Source of the DNA: Trichodesmium erythraeum IMS101
GTDB taxonomy: Bacteria > Cyanobacteriota > Cyanobacteriia > Cyanobacteriales > Microcoleaceae
Direction of reading: 5' to 3'
NCBI RefSeq assembly: GCF_000014265.1
Contig: NC_008312.1
Coordinates: 5,610,001-5,642,000, forward strand
Length of the DNA: 32,000 nucleotides
Part shown: positions 10,941 through 18,466 of the stretch, piece after piece
Numbering within the stretch: position 1 is the stretch's first letter
Layout of the letters: each line of letters opens with the position of its first letter
Program-made: the position numbers and the translations under genes
Notes under the pieces: generated by a model
Databases searched by the model: none
The model's input: the letters and a program-made list of their open reading frames with translations, nothing else
What the model was told of the DNA's origin: nothing

Positions 10941-11071
10941 AGTTAGAGTAGGAAGTTAATTTTAAGTTACTTCTTTATAGGATAGCAATATCGGGAGGAA
11001 GAAGGAAGGGAAAGGAAGCAAGAAGGAAATATAAATAATTGTACAGTGGTTTTTATGATTAGTAGAATATA

Positions 11072-11108
11072 GTAGGGACGTTACATGGAAGGTCTGTAGA
11101 AGTCCCTA
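11072..11108. repeat. Degenerate copy of the GTAG...CTAC palindromic element family
   Basis: GTAGGGACGTTACATGGAAGGTCTGTAGAAGTCCCTA. It shares the GTAGGGA-GTT-CATGGAA-GTCT core with 16257-16284. TAGGGAC (11073-11079) pairs with GTCCCTA (11102-11108). Confidence 0.4.
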
Positions 11109-11370
11109 ATTTTGGTTTCCATTGTTAATATAATTATCAAAATGATCAAGTTCAAGGATAAAAGTTTTGATTTCAGCAATTTTTAATAATAAGGATACGA
11201 AGTCAATTGGGCAAATAATGCCATAATGTAGGGAATATTATTGATATTGGTAAGGCTAAGCATGGGTAATTTAGTATTAAAATTATGGCTGATTTGAGAA
11301 GTTTATGAAGTTAAATAATGGAGAGATAAAACAGATTAGATTTTTTTCTAATATCCATCAGCAAATTTCC

Positions 11371-11856
11371 TTAATCTTCATCTTCATCTGGGGGTCTAGT
11401 AATAATATCAAACAAAATTTTTGCTAAATCATTTTTCTCATCAATTTCTTGAACTTCTTCACTTATTGATTTAGCTTTTACCAAGTCTCCCATCTTTGCT
11501 ATAATTAATCCTGAAGCAGCATAAGCTGTAATAAATAGATTAATTTGTTGTTCATTTTTCCGGCTAGCTAATATACTTTTTACCTCCTGCCAATCTGAGG
11601 GTAAATTTTCTCGTTTTTTGACTTCAGCCATTACTTTGTGTGCCAATTTAAGGGACATTTTCATGTTGTTTTTATAGAAAAAATAACGATAAGCACCTAT
11701 CAAAATATCTAGATTTCCATCAGTCTTAGCTAAAGCTTGATTAATATAATTTTCTGATGTTTCTGTATCTTCCCAATTTTCGATAGCTAACATCAATAAA
11801 CTTTTGATTTCTTCAGGCACATCATACCAGGAAAACTTATTTTGTTGAACTTGCAT
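11371..11856 (-). CDS. Hypothetical protein (helical, acidic C-terminus PPDEDED)
   Basis: 161-aa ORF with an ATG start and a plausible amino-acid composition. I recognise no motif. Confidence 0.55.
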   Translation of the reverse strand: MQVQQNKFSWYDVPEEIKSLLMLAIENWEDTETSENYINQALAKTDGNLDILIGAYRYFFYKNNMKMSLKLAHKVMAEVKKRENLPSDWQEVKSILASRKNEQQINLFITAYAASGLIIAKMGDLVKAKSISEEVQEIDEKNDLAKILFDIITRPPDEDED

Positions 11857-12234
11857 TTGTTTCAGATAAATAAGATAAATAATATAGATAATAATTACCT
11901 TAAACTAGAAAAAATTGAAAATCTGCTAATCTTAATAAGATTTTTATTTCTGTAGGTTGGGTTGAACTTAAAAAACCCTACAGATAGATAGGAATAGGCA
12001 AATGCCTGAGGACATTTTTCTTTTGCCTATTCTCTATTCTCTATTCTTTTCCCACCTAAATTCCTCACTCCAAAACAAAGGATGTAATGCTATGGTTCAA
12101 ATGAACAAAGTCATTTCATCAAGCATAATGCTCCAATACTTCCTTGGGCAGGAAATTATAACTAATTTTGCTTGAAGCTCATTTGGGTTTTCTGTCTGCA
12201 CTTCCAAGGTTTGCCTGTCCGAAACTTTTTGGCT

Positions 12235-12324
12235 CAGGACTTACGCAGCAACCCTATATATAGCGTAGTTTTCGGAATTATTTCAGATATTACCCATACA
12301 ATTAGTGTCTTGGCGTAAGTCCTG
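12235..12324. repeat. Small inverted-repeat (MITE/REP-like) element, copy B
   Basis: 12-bp terminal inverted repeat CAGGACTTACGC (12235-12246) / GCGTAAGTCCTG (12313-12324) flanking 66 nt. It has the same termini as copy A but an unrelated interior. It ends 51 nt upstream of the hydrolase ATG. Confidence 0.55.
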
Positions 12325-12375
12325 TATACTGAAGATGTTTCCATATTAAGACTAACTCTAATATCTAAAATTAGT

Positions 12376-13290
12376 ATGTTTATTCCTATAGGTTTTGAAC
12401 AAAAATCAATTGTCACTTTCCAAGGTCGTATGGTTTACTACACCAATGACAAAACACCCTGGAAAACTGAGAATGACAAAAACGACTTACCGACTTTGGT
12501 ATTCTTTCACGGTTTTGGTGGGGGTTCATCTGCCTATGAATGGTCGAAGGTTTACCCTGCTTTGGCCTCAGAGTACCGTATCCTCGCTCCTGACTTAATT
12601 GGGTGGGGGCGTTCGGAACATCAGGCATTAGATTATAAAGTAGAGGACTATATTACAACAATTATCGAGTTTTTAGAACAAACTTGTCAAGCTCCTACCA
12701 GAGTTATTGCCTCTTCCTTGACTGCAGCAATAATGGTGAGAGTAGCGATCGCTCGTCCAGAATTATTCAAGTCTCTAATATTGACAACTCCTGCAGGTCT
12801 ATCCGAATTCGGCGCAAATTACACCCGTAGCTTTTTTGCTCAACTAGTAAGTACGCCTATACTAGATCGTTTTATTTATAATGCTGGGGTTGCAACTTCA
12901 GGAGGAATTAGAAATTTTCTAGAAACCAGACAATTTGCTAATCCTACTTTAATTTATAATGAAATTGTGGAGGCATATTTAGAGTCAGCAATTCAACCAA
13001 ATGCTGAATATGCTACTTTATCTTTTGTGCGGGGAGATTTGTGTTTTGACCTATCTTTATATATAAATCAATTAACAATTCCTACGGCAATTATTTGGGG
13101 TAAAAAATCCCAGTTTACTAGTCCAGAAATAGGTCAACGTTTAGCTGATTTGAACCGTCAAGCTGTGGTGATTTTTCAAACATTAGATAATGTGGGTTTA
13201 ACTCCTCAACTGGAAGTTCCGGCGGTGACTATTGGGTTGATTAAAAAGTTTTTGAAACAGTTAGATGAAGTTCCGGTTAGTATTGTCTAA
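12376..13290 (+). CDS. Alpha/beta-fold hydrolase
   Basis: 304 aa. It has the oxyanion-hole region LVFFHGFGGGSSAYEW, the block APDLIGWGRSE and a nucleophile-elbow position reading VIASSLTAA. The layout is typical of the family. Confidence 0.8.
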   Translation: MFIPIGFEQKSIVTFQGRMVYYTNDKTPWKTENDKNDLPTLVFFHGFGGGSSAYEWSKVYPALASEYRILAPDLIGWGRSEHQALDYKVEDYITTIIEFLEQTCQAPTRVIASSLTAAIMVRVAIARPELFKSLILTTPAGLSEFGANYTRSFFAQLVSTPILDRFIYNAGVATSGGIRNFLETRQFANPTLIYNEIVEAYLESAIQPNAEYATLSFVRGDLCFDLSLYINQLTIPTAIIWGKKSQFTSPEIGQRLADLNRQAVVIFQTLDNVGLTPQLEVPAVTIGLIKKFLKQLDEVPVSIV

Positions 13291-13445
13291 GTATTTCAAT
13301 AAAATATTTTTTCAGTGATTAAACTAATAGGTTTCTCTGCTTAAATATCCGGTATTATTCTTTGTGTATTCAATTAAATTTAAATTTTCAGATAGCCTTT
13401 TGCTACCTATTTTTTTAACATAAAATCACAGAAATTAATTATGAT

Positions 13446-13473
13446 GTAGGAATGTTGCATCCAACATTTCTAC
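13446..13473. repeat. Palindromic hairpin element (GTAG...CTAC family) between convergent genes; possible bidirectional terminator
   Basis: GTAGGAATGTTG-CATC-CAACATTTCTAC forms a 12-bp stem (one G-T pair) with a 4-nt loop. AAAGTTATTTTTGT follows on the plus strand. It lies between the hydrolase stop (13290) and the PAP2-RTX stop (13544). Confidence 0.5.
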
Positions 13474-13543
13474 AAAGTTATTTTTGTCCAAAAAAACTTC
13501 TCTTTTTCAACTTCTGAATTTGGCTGGAAAATAGGCTAGGAAC

Positions 13544-15580
13544 TTATATTTTACAATCCCTAAAATCTTCAATATTTATGGCACTTTCTTCGACGCCCTG
13601 CAATGTAATTGAAAGTTGGTTGGCACTAATTCGAGTATCATTACCTATTTGAGAAATAGTTAACTGCTGGAAACTTAAACCATCACCTAAACCAATAACA
13701 TCTATTCCATCTTCAAAATCAGTAATAATATTGTTCCCATCATTAGACCTGAAATGAAAGTTATCGCCACCAACTCCACCAATGAGAATATCATCGCCAA
13801 AATCACCGTATATCAGGTCTGCTCCTGCACCACCATTGACGATGTCGTTACCCTTGCCTCCACAAAGCATATCATTGCCCTCGTTACCAAAAACAATATC
13901 ATCACTGCGGTTGCTATATATTAAGTCGTTAGTGACAGAGCCAATTAAATTATCCTTTTCATTAGTAGCAATAATAGTATTGGGAGTAATTACTCCTTGA
14001 GTTTTTTCCCAAACATGTTCTGCGACTTCTCGCCCTAGTGCCCTCCCATTGAGATCCCCATCTTCAAAGTGGATACCGCCGTAAATACGAGATATACCAG
14101 CCTGATCAGAAGCTTCGCTAAAAGTATTCCACTCAAGAGTTACAGGCACTTTAGGTGTGATACCTGGTTCAAAAACAGACTCGCCTACCTCAAAAGTTAT
14201 GCCACCACCAAAATCATCGCTACCAGTAAACCGTTTGAGAATTTCAGCTCCTGCAGCACTGAAACTGCTATGACCTGATATATACTCAGCAAAAGGAGGT
14301 GAAGGCTCCTCTCCAGGGGCTTGATAAGTAAGGAAATTAGTTGCAAGAATAGTTGCAGTTCCTTCTGTAGGATCCTTCCAACTATCAATAGCAAAACCAC
14401 CAAGCTCTGGATTAAATTCTCCAATTAAACCTTGTGCTCCGAGTTCCCGTACTACTCGCACGGGACGAGCATAGTCGTAGAAAACTTTAGATCCCCAGGC
14501 AGCAATGCCAGCATCAAATAATGCATTGCCCAAACTAAAGAAGAGTTTCACATCTTCATCTAAAGTATGATTATCTCTGGCTGAGATAAATTCTCCAAAA
14601 TTCATCCAGGTTCCCGGAGGGTAAGATGTACCATGGCCGTCTTCCCAAAATTCAGCAATTAATTTTTGCTCATCAGTTAAGTTGGCGCGAACGTTGGCAA
14701 TATTTTCTGCTTGTGCGATAAATTCAGGGTTGATAATAGTTCCAACAATATCTTTGCTAATTGCGACAACAGAGCCATCTGGTAATGTAATTGTACTTGC
14801 ATCTAAGTCAACCTCGCCATCTACAAGCAAGAATGGTTTTGGTGGTTGGGGTCGTATTTTTTCAACTGATATAGAACTGAAGGGGATGACTTTTCCCCAT
14901 TGAGGTGTGAGGAATGTTTGTATTCGATCTTCTTCACCGGGCTCGGCATCAATGGGAACTGGTTCTGGGGTCCAGCGCTCTATATTAATGGAACTTCCTG
15001 GAAAATTAATAGGTTCATAGCTGCTAATATCAGAATAGGGGGTACCGTCGCCATTGGGATCATCCCCGAGTTGATTTGAACCGTCGTTGGACCGGAATCT
15101 TAATAGTGCTTCGGCAGAGACGTTACCAATACCAGCAGGGGTAGTAGTATCAGTAGTAGTATTGTTGGTTTCTAGGTCTAATTTGACCATTAATTCATTG
15201 AAAGTTTCTACTTGAGCGGGGAATAATTCTGACAATACCCGGTAAGCAGCAAAACTCATGGCTTGAGTTTTATTAAAGTTGGTGTTTTCGGATAGGGGGC
15301 GTTGTAAGTCATCTCCCAACTGAGTTCCTATAGCTAATGGATCATAGGCACTCCAGGCATCATACATGGCTGTATGTACCATTGCATAAGCACGAGAGGC
15401 AATGGTTGGACCGGAGACGGAGTTTATGACTGCTTCTTGGGCTAGTTCATCCCATAGTCGTGAAATAGTAGGCAAAGGATTTTCAGGTGTGACAACTGGG
15501 ACTTCAGGGTTGAGGATAGGATGTATATGGTTAAATTTTCCATGATTCGGAATTGGCTGTTGTTGTAAGGGTGACTCCAT
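13544..15580 (-). CDS. PAP2 / vanadium-dependent-haloperoxidase-like enzyme fused to C-terminal RTX (hemolysin-type Ca2+-binding) repeats
   Basis: All three PAP2-superfamily motifs are present: KVFYDYARP (K-x6-RP), YISGHSS (SGH) and SRIYGGIHFEDGD (SR-x5-H-x2-D). The C-terminus has GNEGNDMLCGGKGNDIVNGGAGADLIYGDFGDDILIGGVGGDNF, which are GGxGxD nonapeptide repeats. There is no N-terminal signal peptide. Confidence 0.85.
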   Translation of the reverse strand: MESPLQQQPIPNHGKFNHIHPILNPEVPVVTPENPLPTISRLWDELAQEAVINSVSGPTIASRAYAMVHTAMYDAWSAYDPLAIGTQLGDDLQRPLSENTNFNKTQAMSFAAYRVLSELFPAQVETFNELMVKLDLETNNTTTDTTTPAGIGNVSAEALLRFRSNDGSNQLGDDPNGDGTPYSDISSYEPINFPGSSINIERWTPEPVPIDAEPGEEDRIQTFLTPQWGKVIPFSSISVEKIRPQPPKPFLLVDGEVDLDASTITLPDGSVVAISKDIVGTIINPEFIAQAENIANVRANLTDEQKLIAEFWEDGHGTSYPPGTWMNFGEFISARDNHTLDEDVKLFFSLGNALFDAGIAAWGSKVFYDYARPVRVVRELGAQGLIGEFNPELGGFAIDSWKDPTEGTATILATNFLTYQAPGEEPSPPFAEYISGHSSFSAAGAEILKRFTGSDDFGGGITFEVGESVFEPGITPKVPVTLEWNTFSEASDQAGISRIYGGIHFEDGDLNGRALGREVAEHVWEKTQGVITPNTIIATNEKDNLIGSVTNDLIYSNRSDDIVFGNEGNDMLCGGKGNDIVNGGAGADLIYGDFGDDILIGGVGGDNFHFRSNDGNNIITDFEDGIDVIGLGDGLSFQQLTISQIGNDTRISANQLSITLQGVEESAINIEDFRDCKI

Positions 15581-16256
15581 GATTTTGTTTTTAGTATAAA
15601 GAATAAATGATTTTAATTAGGGCTTGCAGTTCAGAATGTTTGAAAGCTTGCTATTAACACCTTTTATATTACAATAATATTATTTCCGGTTCAATAGTTA
15701 CAGTTTTGGGAAAAAAGCCAGAAAACATAAGAAAACTAAGGGCTGGGGTGTGTTTGCAAATTCTAAAGTAAAACTGTATTTTTTTTTGTATACAATAATT
15801 ACATTGGTTTCTGAGTCAATATTAATTTTTGCTAAGTTTGAGGGGATATAGGAACTTGATCAAATATGGTTGACGCAAAATTATGGTGAAACGATGGCGA
15901 AAGGAGAATAAGTTGTTTGTTATTGTTCAGAAGAACGACTGAATGAAATTATTGAGCATGATCAGGAAAATGGGGTGAATATTTTTAATCCTCATACCTA
16001 TATTTTGGGAGATGGAGCTATGAAAACTATTGATTTTGAACAGTTAGAATTTAAGCAAAAAGTAGACTGTTATGGTTTATTAAATTCTGGCAAAAAGGCT
16101 TGGTTGGAGACCATCGAAAAAAATATTAGAGTTTTGCGATCGCAACTTTTGCAGTTATGAGGTACATTTGCGACTTGCCTAAATTTCTTTTCAAAAGGGG
16201 AACTTTTTGTGGGCTCCCCCGCTTCTGATAGCAGTTGTCCGGCACGGTAGACCACT

Positions 16257-16284
16257 GTAGGGAGGTTCCATGGAATGTCTCTAC
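16257..16284. repeat. Palindromic hairpin element (GTAG...CTAC family)
   Basis: GTAGGGAGGTTC-CATG-GAATGTCTCTAC is an imperfect 12-bp palindrome centred on CCATGG. It lies downstream of the HEPN-like gene. Confidence 0.45.
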
Positions 16285-16402
16285 AAGGTTTTGCTTATGG
16301 CCATGTAGTTCATCAATTAAGTAGGGCTCTCAGGAAATATCACAGCCTTATTTTGATCAAAATAAGTTGGTTTTACCTATGTCTGCTTTAGTGGCATCAG
16401 GA

Positions 16403-17158
16403 TCAAAATAGAACTTGATGAATACTATCAACAACCCCCTCGATAAAATTTACTGCATCATTAACCATATCTTCATCTATAGGCCAACGCTCTCCTATAT
16501 TATAGCTAGGATCTATGTCAGCTTCATGAGCAATTTTATTCCTACGTTCTACTATAAAACTAAGCTGTTCTTTAATTTGTTTGATATCTTCTGACTTAGG
16601 TTTACCCATTTGAGCACCAACTTCGTCCCATAATTTTTTGTCTGAAATAAGTCTAATCCCATCAGCTATTTTATCTGGTTGCTGAAAACTCTTGTATCCA
16701 AGACTTTTGCGAATTTCCTGCTCTAGCCAAGAATTACCATTTAACTTATTAAGCATCATATCAGAAATAGGTTGAGTTAGAGATTTCACTGTATGAGACT
16801 GCTGTAGAAACTCATCACCATAGTTTTGTAGAAACTCATCTTCCAGCCAAGATCCGATATCTATCGCTAGCATTCGGTCTTGACGAGCAGCACCAAGGGA
16901 AACTTGAAAGCGAGCAAAAGCTGATTGTTTGCTAGACTGAGGTTCAGAACGTCGGCCTTGATAAATTTCCAACATTCCTAAAGTCACGACTTCGTGAATA
17001 TAGTAGTCTAAAGCGCTGACTGCAAGAACTAAAGCTGCTCTGAGAATATCTGATAGATATAAAGTATTAGTAGCTTGAGTTTTGAGTGAATTGTGAAGGG
17101 CTATCAATTCTCGAACGCGATGAATGCTAATATTAAACTGATTGAGTACTGACTGCAT
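16403..17158 (-). CDS. HEPN-like protein (putative R-x4-H RNase domain); hypothetical
   Basis: 251-aa helical protein. The C-terminal FIVERRNKIAHEAD contains R-N-K-I-A-H (R-x4-H) in the RN.IAH context typical of HEPN nucleases. The N-terminal helix SDILRAALVLAVSALDYYIHE resembles the first conserved HEPN helix. The ATG at 17158 overlaps the upstream ParA-like gene by 26 nt. Confidence 0.55.
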   Translation of the reverse strand: MQSVLNQFNISIHRVRELIALHNSLKTQATNTLYLSDILRAALVLAVSALDYYIHEVVTLGMLEIYQGRRSEPQSSKQSAFARFQVSLGAARQDRMLAIDIGSWLEDEFLQNYGDEFLQQSHTVKSLTQPISDMMLNKLNGNSWLEQEIRKSLGYKSFQQPDKIADGIRLISDKKLWDEVGAQMGKPKSEDIKQIKEQLSFIVERRNKIAHEADIDPSYNIGERWPIDEDMVNDAVNFIEGVVDSIHQVLF

Positions 17159-18203
17159 GGGAAGTGGTTAGTCCAATAATTTTTTCTGCCAGTTGTGAAA
17201 AGGTTTCTCGAAATTCTTTTTGTTTGTTTTGATTATTCCGCAAAACAACTCCTGTTTGGCCTAACTGTTCAGGTGTCAGAGCATAAACTGGTGTTCGGTG
17301 TTCTTGAGATAGTGCAATTAGACTATTGAAGTTAGAAATTTTTGTTAAGGTGTAATTATCTTCTATTCCTTGACTACGATAAACTGTTTTTTCTAACAAC
17401 ATTTGATTTTGTTCTAATACTGGAGCTAGTTTATTAGAAACAGTGTTTTGTATTTTCTCAATCCATATTTGAAAAGCAGCAGTTTCTTTCCCACGTATAA
17501 TTCGATAGTTTTGAACAATAGTTCCGAGAAAACTTAAATTGACATCAGGAAAAGGATAGTTAGCATCTTTGAGAATTGGAAGTGAACTTGCTTTCTTAGC
17601 CCAAGCATGCCACTTTGGCATCACTTTTGTTAGAGAGTCAATTGCCATCAAAGAGAAAAAATCAGCAGTAGTAGGAACTAAGAAAAAATTACTGGTCATT
17701 AATAAATTCTGATTAATTGAGCCTAAGCTGGGACTCATATCAATTATAATATAGTCAGCGTTATATTTGAGTGCAGTTTTATTAAATAAATCAGTCAAGG
17801 CACCTGGTACGTTTTTAAGAGCTGCTATTGAACCACTTAATTCTTGAGCAATACCCAGTGTTACTTCGTATTCGGCAAGTCCAACATGACCAGGTAGTAT
17901 AAACAATCTTTCCTGACCTATGATCGGAATACAGTCAATTGCTTCAATTGCTCTTGGTTGTGCTTCAAAAGCTGGAGCTAAACCTGTCTTTATATTTGAA
18001 CCTGTATTATAAATTGTTTCTATTCTTTTTTCGTCGTCCTCAGTTCCTTCTCCCAAGCTGACTCCAGTCAAATTACACTGTGGGTCTGTATCGGCAAGGA
18101 TAACTGTTTTACCTTTTGAAGCTAACATCCAGCCTAAATTAAAGGCAGTTGTAGTTTTGCTAACTCCACCTTTATGATTAAATAGGGCAATTTTTTGAAC
18201 CAT
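17133..18203 (-). CDS. ParA/MinD/Soj-superfamily ATPase with a long C-terminal extension
   Basis: Deviant Walker A KGGVSKTT at residues 11-18 (IALFNHKGGVSKTTTAFNLG), ILADTDPQCNLT, and Walker B-like DYIIIDMSPSLG. At 356 aa it is clearly longer than canonical ParA. No ParB-like gene is adjacent. Confidence 0.88.
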   Translation of the reverse strand: MVQKIALFNHKGGVSKTTTAFNLGWMLASKGKTVILADTDPQCNLTGVSLGEGTEDDEKRIETIYNTGSNIKTGLAPAFEAQPRAIEAIDCIPIIGQERLFILPGHVGLAEYEVTLGIAQELSGSIAALKNVPGALTDLFNKTALKYNADYIIIDMSPSLGSINQNLLMTSNFFLVPTTADFFSLMAIDSLTKVMPKWHAWAKKASSLPILKDANYPFPDVNLSFLGTIVQNYRIIRGKETAAFQIWIEKIQNTVSNKLAPVLEQNQMLLEKTVYRSQGIEDNYTLTKISNFNSLIALSQEHRTPVYALTPEQLGQTGVVLRNNQNKQKEFRETFSQLAEKIIGLTTSHAVSTQSV

Positions 18204-18466
18204 TGTAAATCACCTTTTCTTCAATACATTTGAGTATACCATGAGGGTAGCACAATAGAGTTGTTGGGAAATCAGGTAAAATAAAGTGCTTGTTGGGTTT
18301 TTCTGTAGTTCTACCCAACTTATATTCTGCTAGTAGGTTTGGTTGACGGACAAAACCCCGCCACAATAAAACGTTTTTTACTGTATATAATAATTAGTTG
18401 GGAATTTTGAAGCTAGCGGTCATTTTTCCAATTCTCCTTGGCCCAATTCTGAGATAGGTACAAAAT

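Noticed and set aside
15975-16160. 61-aa ORF (GTG start) with a protein-like composition; the upstream frame-shifted piece MVKRWRKENKLFVIVQKND could belong to it
   Set aside because: I recognise no motif or family and there is no convincing start or ribosome-binding site. It might be a relic of a larger gene or a small protein, but the sequence alone does not support a call.
17133-18203. ParA-like gene as a McdA-type carboxysome-positioning ATPase or chromosome partition ParA
   Set aside because: The downstream partner is a structured HEPN-like protein rather than a disordered McdB or a ParB. There are no ccm/rbc or origin-proximal genes nearby, and the protein is much longer than ParA/McdA. 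This is not excluded experimentally.
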